A stretch of 64,000 nucleotides of DNA, taken from Phoronis australis (taxonomy: Eukaryota > Animalia > Phoronida). The notes below the pieces were generated by a model. It saw only the letters and a list, made by a program, of their open reading frames with translations. It had not been told where the DNA came from and did no database searches. Where the stretch lies: NCBI GenBank assembly GCA_002633005.1, contig NMRA01000027.1, positions 6,489 through 70,488 of the forward strand. The letters are read 5' to 3'. Position numbers and translations under genes: made by a program. Shown in pieces: positions 13,350 through 26,773 of this stretch (position 1 is its first letter; every line of letters begins with the position of its first letter).

Positions 13350-14759
13350 TGCCCATGTTCGGCTTACCGCCTACCCACAATTTTTCATGATCAAGACCTC
13401 GTTAAAAGTGTCTATGCTTTTGTGAACATTCGTCGCACAAAACTAAGATTCAAAAACGATGCAACTCGCTTACCTTTCAGCGACAATCAATCAGTTTTAG
13501 CGGAACCGGGAACTTTTCTTACTATGGCGGTACAAAACCGTATTCTCATGCTCTTTACTGAAGGAGACACAATTGTTTCCTTTGGCTGTCACGCAGAGCT
13601 CATGTCAGCTCATACTGATTACTGAGACAGCGCTTGTCAAATGTATTTCATTGCCGTGGATGAACCAACAAAGCATTACTTGACAGAAATTTCAAGTCCG
13701 TGGCCTGCCTTTCTGTGATTCCCCGTGACAGTACACAAAACGTCACCACCCTGAGCAATGACATATCGTACCCAGTCACGTATATAGTAACCATGTACGG
13801 CAGAGTAGAAGGCGAAACTGTCATATTGTTTTGAATACAAGCAGACACGTGTCATTGTGACAAGCAACTTGTCTCGCTGTTCCCTGTCTTGGTTGAAGAC
13901 ATGTTTTTAATGACTCACTCCTGACACCCAACCAAAAGCAACAGAGCAAGAAATCAACTTGTCATTAAGCACAAGTCAATCATTCTATCCACATCCACGT
14001 GGTCAAAAACTTATTTTTTGAACTCTTGTATTTGCCTGATGACTTTTTACATGATGTGCTTTTGCTTCATCATTTTCGCAGCCAACCGACCACCGCTATT
14101 GCCTACTAGGTATCCTCCAATTGTTGAGTACTTGTTGAGTACATGCTTTGAACAAATTGTGGGAGGTCGGCATTGGCTGTTCAACACAGAAAGAAATATA
14201 CAATGTATATAAAATGTTGCATTGTTCAAAAGCTAGGTTCAAAGTATTAACAGACCTGTCAATCATTAGCACATGCTTGGTTGCCAAAGTCTCTAGGGAG
14301 AGCAAGTCTTTACACAATCACCTGCTTCCCTTAGAAATACATGGCGAACTAGTGGAGACTTGCCTGATCTTGCTTTTCTCTCGAGAAACTTACCCTACTG
14401 AACACACACCTACCTGTAGGAATAAGTTAGTTCCAAGAGATGACGAGCAGCGACCGACGTATGTAAAAACCCAATCATGCTTAGGATCATAGCACAACTG
14501 CATCATGTGCGCTACTCAATTTCAATCAGCTGAGGTATATTTTAACTGACATGCTTGAAGTCCGACGTAGCTCCATGAGGGTAAAATCAGTCTTCCGCGC
14601 AGTAAGCACCCAATCTCGACTTTTCAAAAATCTCGACTTCAACCGCCCATGTTCAGCTTACCACCCATCTCGTTTTTTAGATTCTCAATTTAAGCGCACT
14701 GGGCAGTAACTCAGACAAGTATGGTAGCGCCCTGGGCAGTAACTCAGACAAGTATGGTA
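13350..14759 (+). mobile_element. TIR family C, copy 1 (terminal 33 bp tandemly duplicated)
   Basis: Ends GGGCAGTAACTCAGACAAGTATGG-TA twice (14726, 14759). Inverted homology to 50334-52011. Confidence 0.8.
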
Positions 14760-15162
14760 ACTTTCTGGATGAACACCCATAGGCATTTTATCACCTGGAC
14801 TTATCTATGGAAAATCACCGTACCACTGAGCATTGGATAACCACCCTTTAGAGTCATGGCAATGACAGCCACCCTTTTAAAGAGACATCACAATAACAGC
14901 CACCCTTTTATAGAAAAAGAGACCCATTTTCCCTGTGAGGAATTTTCAAAAGTTATTCTTTCCAAGACTTCTCTCCACATCATGATTATTTTACAAGATA
15001 AACCTTACATAATGCTCACATCTTCAATCAAAATTGAAACGCTATGTTCTACTTTACACCCACTGCCGATCACACAGAACTTGAACGACCGGTTCAACTG
15101 TAAATTATTACATAATCTTTTGAGTAAAATATGCCTAAGACCTTCAGAAAGTCTTTATTAAT

Positions 15163-15373
15163 CCAAGAAAGTTGGGGACTAGAACGGCCTAGTCTACCCA
15201 AGAAAGTTGGGGACTAGAACGGCCTAGTCTACCCAAGAAAGTTGGGGACTAGAACGGCCTAGTCTACCCAAGAAAGTTGGGGACTAGAACGGCCTAGTCT
15301 ACCCAAGAAAGTTGGGGACTAGAAGGCCTAGTCTACCCAAGAAAGTTGGGGACTAGAAGGCCTAGTCTACCCA
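15163..15373. repeat. 35-bp minisatellite x6 (ccaagaaagttggggactagaacggcctagtctac)
   Basis: Directly visible. Each unit holds a GACTAG...CTAGTC inverted repeat. Confidence 0.95.
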
Positions 15374-15649
15374 TGATCTTAGTGATGAAATAAATGAGCA
15401 AGTCTCTCCTTGACAACTGAAGATGTCACTGTATGAGAGTTATTAGAGAGTGTCTTTAATTACTTTTACTCGATTAAATCAACACAATAATTAGGTCAGC
15501 TCAATAATTAGGTCAACCTAATGGTTAGGTGGAAAAAAGCATAAGAAGCAAGCAGACCATGCTACATGGACATATAGTTCTACATTATAGTTCAAAACTG
15601 AAGCAAACTACGACGACGTACTTAAAACAAAATCNAAAATAGATAGGCC

Positions 15650-17190
15650 TATCTGGCAAACATAAAGCAACTCGAAAAACACATTTATTTTACACACAAT
15701 ATGTACAGATTATCCTATTATAATATCACCTACGGCAATATCGAACTGCGGCAACGGTCGGTCCCGCTGTTTGCGCATAATATGCAGTCATTAAACTTGG
15801 AAATGCAGACAAATAATTTAACAGCCTCTTTCAATATGGGTCTTCTTTTATTTTACAAAAGACAGCAGCTGGATTCAGCACGCGTACGTATGAGTCACCT
15901 GTCAATCACACAATTGTTGTTGTCAAGGTAACCTGCACTCCAGTGTGTGGGAACTTACATGCGTGCACCACTTCAGAGGTCGCACATCAAAAGAGAACAG
16001 CAACAGCCCTACGTAAAGGAATGCACCAGCGCGACTCTGTACTTTGAAGCTGTTGTTACAAAAAAACCTAGTGTTTTACGATATTCCCCCGTTCCAATGA
16101 CCCAAAACTACAATGTCAAGTCTGTTCCAATATTTCCCAGCTCAATGATCCTGGACCTGGTGTTCCATGCCCATAGCTAGCTGCGTGCACGTCATTACCA
16201 CTGCCGCCAATTTTCAATCAGTTACGTCGTAGATGTCTCCGACTCGAATGGTAAGAATTTTGTTCAGGCTGAAATTTCCCAATGTAGAAACAAAAATATT
16301 CGGGACGCTAAAAGGCTAGGTGGATACGATAATTCACAGTTACGTCTCTCACAAGAAATCGTAGTATAAAGAACCGCCAGCGACTTTGGTGGAATCTGCT
16401 AACGCCAACTTGTCTGAGATGCAATAAGCGAAAATTAAAATTTGACTTGCAGTTTTTTATTTCTTCAAGATGATACATTAACATCCAGTAATGTATTGCC
16501 AACCTTTGAATTCAGAAATCGACAGACTGAGCAAATCGGCCAGTGAGGTACGCTGTCCGTTCTGTCGCTACACATCTTCGATAACCTGGCAATTACACTC
16601 ATCAAAATAGGGAGATTTTGACATCTTTCCGTGAGTTACGGAAATTCTTCAAAATACAAGAGCTTCCAACCAAAAGTGAATTGGAAGGGTTGGGAAAACC
16701 ACAGTCACATTTCTCTGGCCCAATTTTTTCGAATATATGTTTTATCTAGTGCACTGCAGACAGAAACTCAGCGCGGCAGACCGCGTCGCTAAAAGCCGTC
16801 GGGTTTCTTAAAGTTTGCGAACATGGGAAGAAAATAAAGTGACAAAACGTTCAAGTATTATATTTTGAAGTAAATCCATGACCCGAGACAAGAATTCGTT
16901 ACTTGTATTATAATTCACATTGCCAAACCGCCGGCTCGGAGGCCGTCGTTGCATTCTAGTTATGATCTTCGGTCTAGAAGTCGGGGAATCGCGCGTTTGC
17001 GTAGCACTGGGCGCTAAATCTTTAAACTTTAGAAGTCATGGATGGGCGCTTAATCGAAAGATGGGCGCTTGTCCGGAAATCTTAAAAAATCGCAGATGGG
17101 CGGTTCACCGAGCAGTGGGCAGTTAAATCGAAAATCCACCTAAAGGGGTGGGCGGTTAACTGAGCATGGGCGTTAACCCGAACGTGTTGC
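15650..17190 (+). mobile_element. TIR family A, diverged 3' partial copy
   Basis: Colinear with ~2490-3730, with an extra ~300-bp insert. Ends GGGCGTTAACCCGAACG. Confidence 0.8.
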
Positions 17191-18854
17191 AATGATATCC
17201 TTCGACATATGATAATGAATAGTTAACTTAATTACTGTTGACTGGATCAACTTGACAATGATTGCTTTCATTAAAGTTGCACATGGCCAGTCACCCATGC
17301 TTGCTTACTCTGTAAATTTCATACAACTGTCAATTACAAAGTCTGCATAATTCCGAATACTTGCAGAGGCCTAACTACCAAGTCTGTGTAACTATTCAAT
17401 ACATTTGTTACAGCCCAATTACAAAGTCTGCATATTCAGTGTATTTCCCACAGCCCAACTATGAAGTCTGTGTATTCAATGTATTTCCCTCAGCCTAACT
17501 ATGAAGTCTGTATAATTCAGAGTATTTGCCGCGGCCTAAGTACCAAGTCTGTATATTCACTGTATTTGCTACAGCCCAACTATCAGGAAAATAAGTGGAG
17601 AGTTACCGCAAGTAAAGTTGGCGGAGTGACAAGGGATAGTACAAGATTACTAAAGTATTGCACAACAGGGTTATTAATCAAGCCATGTCAAGTAAAGTAT
17701 GCAACAGTAATTAGCCTCATCACAAGAAACAACTACGGTAACAAGCAGAGACCATCACGCACAATATTTCACAAAGTAAATACTAACACGAGCAATTTTT
17801 TAATTGTGCCAAACACCGACACAATACAGAATATTGAACTATTAAGGACAATATCAAGTGGGTACACTGAAAACTCACAAACAGTCTCGCCATTGATTGA
17901 TTCCCCTGCAATTTAAAACTCCCATCACTAAATCAAACTACAGATTATTAAACATCATCTGCATGCCTTACAATTTGAACTAAAATCATATTTTATGACA
18001 GGTATCCCTTGGTAATGAAAACAGCTTTGAAACATTCACAAATTTGAAAAAAGAAATACTTGAGGTGAATACACGAGTCATACGAAGCAAAGAAATATTT
18101 GAGGTGAATATACAAGTCTTACGAAGCAAAGACATTTGTTGGATATTAAATTGAAATACAAGTCTTTAATTTTCATTTCCACTACCACTTTGAATAACCA
18201 ATCATTTGGTGAAAACTCGGGAACGGTAAGCCAAAACCCCTTAAAAGCCCTAAGTTAGAATTGCATCTGTGGAGGAAAGGTTGATTACAAATTAAAGCCT
18301 ATCTTGAATGGTAACACCTGTAAATTTGGTTCCTACAGTATGTTAAGAGCATTGCTCTGAGCCCACTGGTGCCCTAAATTGCCAAATGTAACGAACTATT
18401 ACGCGTATTGGCTTGCTTTTGTCTATGTCACCATGAGAATCACCTTTTAATTCAAACAGCTGTGAATAACACCTACAAGCAATGGTGTTCTATTCAGACT
18501 CCTATTCAATACAATTGTTATCGGCCTTTTGTTGTTTGACCTGAGTTTTCGCGGGGATGCATCATGACACGAAGAGACAGCTTCACCTATCATTTGACTG
18601 GCTTACATTGGCGTGATTTAACTGACGTTGTCTTATTTTATTTGCTAGGACTATCTGGTTAGCTCAATACAGCTAAAATAACAAAGTTCTGTTGAAGTTA
18701 GGCTTTAAGACCAGTTCTACATATTTGCAAAAAATGCTCTACCAACTTATAATATGTAAAGTACCACCTAGCTGGCTGTCAATAAATATTATTGTGTTAT
18801 TTTGTGTTACTTTGTCAGGCCCACATGAAAGCCTTACAGCAGTAAACAACCTAC

Positions 18855-18963
18855 CCTTTTCTACGGACGACATTCGATGGAATACAGGCAGCCAGAGGAG
18901 ACAGGAAGGTCCATTCTCTGCCATAAGGGTGTCAAGGAAGTCATTGACACTCACACGCAGTTT
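18855..18963 (-). CDS. Dyb: Dystrobrevin coding exon 6 (KLRVSVNDFLDTLMAENGPSCLLWLPVFHRMSSVEK)
   Basis: Inside ORF 18739..18972. gtttcAG acceptor and GTAGGT donor. 109 nt, phase 0-1. FLDTLM..P.CL.WLP..HR motif. Confidence 0.95.
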
Positions 18964-19342
18964 CTGAAACAAAACAACAACAAATCATAGTGTCAATGAG
19001 ATTAATATTCAAATATATAAATAGAAGCATACGTCATAAGCTGATTAAATTATCCCTCTTCGTCTCCTTGTGATATCGTGCCAACAAATCTTAGTCCTAA
19101 TTACTTTCTCACTGTGACCTTCAAAATAAAGTCAAGAACACCTGTTTTAATTGGCACTTGGCAATCCCCGCCAACAACTCCGTAAGAAATGTAAACAAAA
19201 TCTAATCTAGAGCTCCCTTCTTGAGGTACCGCGGCTAGGTAAATGGTGCTTCCTTGATAGTGAGAATGTCACACTAGATGGAAACAATAATATTAAGACA
19301 AACAGAAGAGCAAACATTGTATAGGATTAATAAATATTAATA

Positions 19343-22300
19343 AACAAGAGCAACGCAGAGCGTTGAAATGCCCCCAACAAATGCACTGCAAACAGTGTGC
19401 TTCTTGGGTGTTTATTTGTATCATAAAAATGGCCACTGGATTGAGCAAAATACTTCGAATACATCAAAATAACGGGAAAATGTCACCGTTTTTTAAAAGA
19501 AAGCTATTAACCACATTTCGTGAAAATCTGTCAAGGAACTTCAGATAATAATAATAATAATATTTATTGTACATCCTAAGCTTTGTATACTCATACATAA
19601 ATACATAAATTCAAATATATGTTCAGAGTATTTACACGGAGAGCAGTTCTTCTCTTAAAGCCATAGTCTTTTGAATATACAACGCAAGACGCTGGATACT
19701 GTCACTGTTTTTCTGTTGGAATAACCTAACAAGAGATTAGAGGATATCTTCTAAGGTCTCCAAGAACATGGACACATGTAATGAGGCCCATCTTCAATTT
19801 CACCCAGACAGCATATGACGCATTCTCTCACCTCTATGAATACCCATTTGTCTCCCTTTCTCTCACCTCTAGCAATACCCATATGTCTCCCTTTCTCTAC
19901 ATTAAATGAGAGACCTGAACATTGAAATTGCGCAAGTATTCTTCTCGAATAAGCGCTTAAACAATTCACGTATTGCTCGCTTAAGATCATATTTAATATG
20001 ACTATAAAACTCATATTTATTTGAGCTACCTATTTCCAGATGACATTCCCGTGTGTCACAATCCAGTATTCACTGCTTGAATACCATAATAAATTCAGCA
20101 CTATTGCCTGGGCCAAATAACCACACTTCTCCATAATCATACCTAAACAAAATTTCTTTGACATGGTGTGCCCAGTTACAATTACCATTTTCACCTTGTT
20201 CCCTAAGCATACTATAGCACTTCAGTGGTTACCTGTGTTCTTCCATATCAAGTAATTATTTCCAATAGATAATTGGTTTACACATATATTTTGTAATTAA
20301 CAATTGTCTCCCACATTCACCACAAGCCATAGCATTTGGCATTTTAGTAGTCAATCTCAGAACATATTTACAGAAATCATTCTGAACTATAGACTCACAC
20401 ATTAATGTTCCCATATTTCTGCACTTTATGTTAATATGGGCATTATCATAGAGTCAAAGAGTTTAAAATGCACTCCATGGGAAATACAGTTACATTTTGA
20501 CAGAGTGGCTTTAGTAATGCTCGTTGCTTTTTCAGCTTGGCTTGCAAGTACTCTACAACGCTCTGTCCATTTAAGTCTGCAGGAGAATGTGACTCTTACT
20601 ACGTACTTTTAGTACGATTTGGTATCTACTTTTCTGTCACCAAAAAACCACCTTTCAGTATTTGAAAGTAAGCCCCCTTGTTTAAATACCACAACATTAT
20701 TTTGTTTTCTCCAAATTAACTTGCAAGTTCCAGTCTCGACAAAACTTTTCGAGGACATTGAGCTTCATCTGTAGCCCAGCAACAGTATTCAACACCAGCA
20801 CTAAATCATCAGCAAAAAACAGAGAACCTATATCACAACCCGAAAGACACGTTTACCTCTGCCAACGTTTTCTTTAATTTCAGACACTAGTGTGCTAACA
20901 AATAGCCAGGGACTTAAAACGCATCCTTTCCGGACCCCAACTGTACAGTTGAAATAGGGCGTGGTCTGGGACTGTACCATACCACATGATTGTATGGAAT
21001 CGTACATACTGCGCAAACATTTTTCCATACAAACCTTTGATTGAAAGGGCATAAAATAAATGGGAAATATCTTAATTATCAATTGCCTTACTAAAATCAA
21101 CGAATGCGCAATATACGCCTTCATGTTTCTGCATGATACTCTGTAGGTTAAAAATATTGTAGAACCCAGTCTGAAAGCCTGCATGCTCTTCCGGGATACA
21201 TTTCGTGTTATTCGATCATTCAACTATTTGAGAAAATTGTAAAAATTTTATCAAAAATATCTATAACGGATATCCCTCTATAATTATTTGGATTAAATCT
21301 GTCTCCCTTTTTGTAACACGGCACAATAATACTTTTTGACCATTGGGATGGATAATGCCTGGTATTGAAAATTCTATTAAAAAGTTTGTGGAGAAGTTCT
21401 ATTAGGGCCTCAGGAAAGCACTTATAGAATTTAGCCGGTATGCCGTCTTCTCTGGGAAATTTATTATTCTTTTGTTTCTTAATGGCCTTTACTATTTCAT
21501 TTTCATAAATACCGGTATTTAGTTCATCCATGTCAAAGGCACTGGTTACGTCACGCTCATTCTGTGGGTGACTACAACGCTCACACTGTGCTTTTAGGTC
21601 ATCAAAAGTTTCACTGCGACCCTCTGTTCTGTTAATAACAAACAGGTTACTGAAATATCTTAACCACTCCAATTCAGTAATATTATTATTATTATCAAGT
21701 TTTGTACTGTGTACTGGCTCTGACAGGTTTTGTTTTATAACATTCCAAAATCTATTAGGATTCCCCACTGACTCACATAACTCACTTTGTTTATTGCCAT
21801 AGTATCGCTTTTTTGTCTTCTTACATAATTTTTTGTATTCATTCCTACTAGCAAGATAATTTCTCAGGTCCAAGTCACTCTGAGACACCCTAAATTTTCG
21901 CAGTAGATGCTTCTTTTGCAGTTTCATCTCTTTACATTCACTGTCAAACCATGCAGGCCTACGTGGTTTACTTACACACCTGTCTTGCCTCACATCATGC
22001 CCGCTCCACATGACTGGAGTGAATCTACTTAGCCTGTAACATTCTCATGTCAATATCAAAACAGCTCATAATTTCTCATTACTTATCGTTTGCTTCCTGG
22101 CTTTGTAATTTTTCTAAAAATACACCTGTTTTCTCACTATGCCATCTATATCTTACTCGTTTTTGTAATGCTATAGAAGGTTCACCAGTATCTTTCTGAC
22201 ATAATCTTCAAGGGGTACTGAGGGCACAAATTAAAGGAAAATGAAATGATAAATCACATTTTCCAATACTTTAAAATCTTGAATGTACTCGAGCAATGAT

Positions 22301-24310
22301 CTCTCGGCAAGAACATCATCAATAGTGCTACGACCTCTCGTCAAAACAAGAGTAAAATTGGCATCAGGATCAAATTTCGATCTACTTACCGATGCATAAA
22401 TCAATTAAATTTGTACCAAAATTATTAGTTTTGACATGTTGGTTTTTCCTTGGTTTGACGAAGTCATCCTCTACATAGAAACAGCTATCTTCTATAACAG
22501 GGACATATTTTCTACTGTCATCAGCAATAAAGCCATTGACAGTGCCAGTGCGGGCATTGAAATCACCTGCAAGCATTAATCTGGCTTGGTTTAGTTTAGC
22601 TGAAACATTAAAATCTATGAAGCCACTATATATATATATATATATCTTTTCCAAGTCACTTTCTTGGCTATAATCAGCGCCCTCTGGAAGCGGGTACACA
22701 AAACCTATGACGTGTGGCTTTTTGCTATGGGGGTACATATTTTTTAAGGGTAAATAGATACGGTCTTTTAAATCATAATTCATGGGCGTTACATTCTGTG
22801 CCAAATTATTTTTACTAACACAGTGACGCCTCCTGATAATTTCCCACCAGGGGGCGGATTGCAGAGTGGAAAGTATAGTTGTCGAAAAATGTGTCAAATT
22901 CTGTTGCTGATTTTGGGAATGATTTAATGAAACCAATTATGTCACATGACTCAACAATTTAGAGAACTTTAGACAAACAGAGCAAAATGGAAAAAATGAA
23001 ATTGCCATTAGGGGGCAAAGCGTTCGTCGGATACATCTGAGAGTTGTCTTCCGTTGTCAACTTCATATGAATACACTTGCTAAATTTAATAAAGATCCTG
23101 CAGAGGGCTTCGGAGATACAGCTAAAGACAAAGCTGCCACCAGGAGGCACCACTGTAATTGAAGTCAGAAAATTATCATCCTCTTCACACTAAGAACATA
23201 TCAGCCAATTTTCACGACAATACTAAGAGTGGTTTGGTTGACAGATGGCAGACGCCAAAAACAGACAAGAAAATGGTAAAAATTGCCCCTAGATGGCGCA
23301 AAATAAGTCGAATATGTCTGAAAGCCGAAAAATATTATCGCTTCTTTAAAAGGAAGCTATCTACCAAATTTCATGAAAATTCGTAGAGGAACTCCAGAGA
23401 AACACGAAAGCAGAAAAAAAGGAAATAGCCACTATTGGGCATAGCATTCATTGGATCCGTCTGAAAGTCATCGTCTTCCGTTGTTAACTTCATATAAATA
23501 CACGCGCTATATTCACTAAAGATCCTGAAGAGGGATTAGGAGGTATGGGTGCAAAAAAACAAAACTGCCACTAGGAGGCGTCACAGTAGTCAAAGTTGTT
23601 GGAAAATCATCGCCAGTCGTCCTCCTCATAGTAAGAACATACACGTCAATTTTCACAATCATCCTTAGAGTGGCTTGGTTGACGGAAGAACGGACGCCAA
23701 AAAAAAGACTTGAAAACAATAAAAAAGGCCACTAGGTGGCACAAAATACCTTGAATCCATCCGAAAACAGGAGGATAGCGTCATCTCATTAATAGATGCC
23801 TATGTGCCAAATTTTATAGAAATCATTGAGGACCTTTGACGATACAGAGGTAAAGGAAAAAAACTAAAATTGCCAATAGGGGGCACACCGGTAGTCAAAT
23901 CTGTCCAAAAGGCGTCGTTGTCTGTTGTCAACTTCATACAAATACATTTGCTACATTTAATAAAGATCCTGCAGAGCGTTTAGGAGATACAGCCATGGGA
24001 GCAAAAATAAACAAAACTGCCACTAGGAGGTGCTACAGTAGTCAAAAGTCAAAGTTATCGAAACATCATCGTCAACCGTCTCTTCACAGTAAGAACATAC
24101 ATGCCAATTTTCATAATCATCCTTAGAGTATTTTGGTTGATAGTGGGGTGGACGCCAAAAAACGGATTCGAAAATAGTAAAAATGGTCACTAGAAGTCGC
24201 AAAATGCTTCGAATCCATGGAAAACGGGAGGATAGCCTCATCTCATTAACAGATACTTATGTGCCAAATTTCATGAAAAATTGAAACATTTGAAGATAGA
24301 GGCAAACGTA
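19343..24310 (+). mobile_element. Helentron/DINE-1-like tandem-repeat element (family D), copy 1, split by a LINE (19343-19545 and 22964-24310)
   Basis: Starts AACAAGAGCAACGCAGAGCGTT like the copy at 26774. Internal ~145-bp repeats resume at the matching position after the LINE. Confidence 0.75.
19546..22963 (-). mobile_element. 5'-truncated, decayed non-LTR retrotransposon (APE endonuclease + RT; RTEX/L2/CR1-like, clade uncertain)
   Basis: LAGDFNARTG (APE), PAWFDSECK, KKGDRFNPNNYRGIS, GVRKGCVLSPWLF, an FFADD-like catalytic motif near 20810, C-terminal CxxC..EIED..H, and a (TTA)n tail at 19546-19561. Multiple frameshifts. Candidate TSD GAACTTyAGA at 19536-19545 and 22964-22973. Confidence 0.92.
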
Positions 24311-24506
24311 CAAATATGTAAACATGGTTGTGGCCATATAGTGTGACATTGAAGATTCTTGTTAAATCTAAATCATTCTATTAACAAACTGCTGCTGCCA
24401 TCTGTTGGTACTCTAGCCTAGCTTTCCACTCAACTTAGCAAAGATCAACAGGAAGGATCTCTAGGGTACAAAAAAGCATCTCTCACCAATGTGAATGTAA
24501 GCTTAC

Positions 24507-24658
24507 CGAGTCAAAGCAACGTACGCTGGCAGCTTCTGAGTATCCAAAAGATGGCGCTTCATATACAGCTGCTGGTAAGTATAGCACGTGTTTTAAGTAC
24601 ATGTCGAACATCGAGCGAATCATGACCCCAGATGCATCAGATATCTGAGTGAAAATAT
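24507..24658 (-). CDS. Dyb: Dystrobrevin coding exon 5 (YIFTQISDASG...LPAAVYEAPSFGY...CFDS)
   Basis: Inside ORF 24483..24677. ttttcAG acceptor and GTAAGC donor. 152 nt, phase 1-0. Confidence 0.95.
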
Positions 24659-25437
24659 CTGAAAAACAAAAACCCATTGACTGACTCCTGCACTGACACT
24701 AAGACAATGCTTATCAAGTAGAATCCAACTACAACTTGGCAAATATCTACCATATTTCTGGTAACAGCCACTTCTTTGGGTGAATAAAGGGCATCGAATT
24801 TCCTTTAAGAAAAAAGATCCTAAGGTAACTTTTCAAAGGGAATTCAACTTCAGAATCCAAACAGGTAAAAAGTCACTGGCTCCCGTGAACAATTTATTTC
24901 AGCCAGTGATTGACAAGTCAACACAGAACAAGAATCATATCCAGAGTCCAAGACGAAACAAGAATACGTTGATCTCTTTCAAAGTGTTTTTTAGCTTTTA
25001 TGTGAGTTAGTTTCTTTGAAATAAAGGGTTGTGACATATACCAATACCAAAATTTACTTTCTTAAAATTTGGTGGAGACAAGAGAAATATATAATATTCT
25101 TAAAAAACAGGCTGAATAATCAGAGAAGAATAGATAGAACAGAAACATTTGGTAAAAGCAATTAAGATAAGTGTAGTGGACACAAGAATATAACCAGTGA
25201 TATTTGATTTTTAGGTAACCCACAGTTGTATGCATAGGAGGACATTGTCAATGTGTAGGAGGGCATTGCCAATAATCAAATGTCAGGGCAAGTGATACCT
25301 ATTAAATAATTTAAAGCAGAGTATCGACAAAATGTCAACAGATAATCGTAGGCTGTTAATGAGATAACATTAACATAACATATAGGATAGTGAAATAATA
25401 TTGAGTAACATGCCTAACAATTAAAAGTATGAAAACT

Positions 25438-25665
25438 TAATAGATATGTGTCCAATACCTTGGACCAATAGATATGTGTCCAATACCTTGGACCAATAGA
25501 TATGTGTCCAATACCTTGGACCAATAGATATGTGTCCAATACCTTGGACCAATAGATATGTGTCCAATACCTTGGACCAATAGATATGTGTCCAATACCT
25601 TGGGCTAATAGATATGTGTCCAATACCTTGGACTAATAGATATGTGTCTTATACCTTGGACTAAT
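25438..25665. repeat. 28-bp minisatellite x~8 (aatagatatgtgtccaataccttggacc)
   Basis: Directly visible. Confidence 0.95.
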
Positions 25666-26389
25666 CGTTGGTTAATAAATTACCACTTATTTTGATCTGC
25701 CTGTCTGACACATGAAAGTTGATACCCAGTGATTACCCTAATTTCAACCCATACAATTTAGTGTATCAAATATTTGAATTTGACATAGTTGTTTCCCCTG
25801 CAGAATTTGTAAATGAGATGTCCACAAGGGTTCAAACAAACAAAAAACATATAAACACAAGATAATACAGAGGTGACACACTTCCCTGGCTGATGAGCTC
25901 AATAGAGCAGTACTAGGACATCACAAGCCTTTAATGATTCGGACAGCACCACAGGGGCAGTCCCGTCTTCAATAACTCAAACAGCACCAAATTTACAAAC
26001 ACAACAACAGATTTTATAGCTTTGGTCAAAGCTAGAACTTCAAGAAGTTTATCTCATAAAATAATAATAATAATCCCAAAATTTGCAATTTTCCTCCAAA
26101 TACCCCCTTTAAAGCCCTGTCTATATGACCAAACTGTTAATTACAACAGTACTAATATCTGTCACGAGATGGTGCTACTAGTGCGGAACAGTCATAGTTC
26201 ATGTGAAAATATAGTAATTGATATGTCATTCACTCAGTCATGTGATCCATACAAGCAGTCATGTGATCAATACACACAGTCATGTGATCCATTTACTCAG
26301 TCATGTGTTGGAAACAAGAAGTGAGCATGTTGTACTGATAAATCAGATACAGCACAAGACCATTAAAAGACGCATATGATTATACATAC

Positions 26390-26475
26390 ATCGTAGCTTG
26401 TCCACCAGCTTCCCTGCACAAAGTGTTGCCAAGGCAACCTTCAACGAGATCACTCGCAGTTGGCCCTGCCCATCT
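26390..26475 (-). CDS. Dyb: Dystrobrevin coding exon 4 (DGQGQLRVISLKVALATLCAGKLVDKLR)
   Basis: ttgtAG acceptor and GTATGT donor. 86 nt, phase 2-1, exactly bridges exons 3 and 5. K.ALATLC.GK..DKLRY motif. Confidence 0.95.
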
Positions 26476-26773
26476 CTACAACCACAGAATATCATACGAA
26501 TTATATAAAAAATACACACTTATCTAGTCTTTCAAACTTTTCAAATTACTTATTGTGCTTAATGCTATACTGTAACAGAGGTTACTACAGCCTTTTTGTC
26601 CAAAATGTTAAAAAACACTTGAAACTGTATATCAGGAAAAATACGATATATGATGCACAAATTAAAAAGAATTGAACAAATGCACAGCAGTTAGTTTAAA
26701 GTGCCTTCTGTCACCACTGCAACAATGACCTACTTTTGAGACAGAACTGGAGAACATGAATCACCTGTGATTT

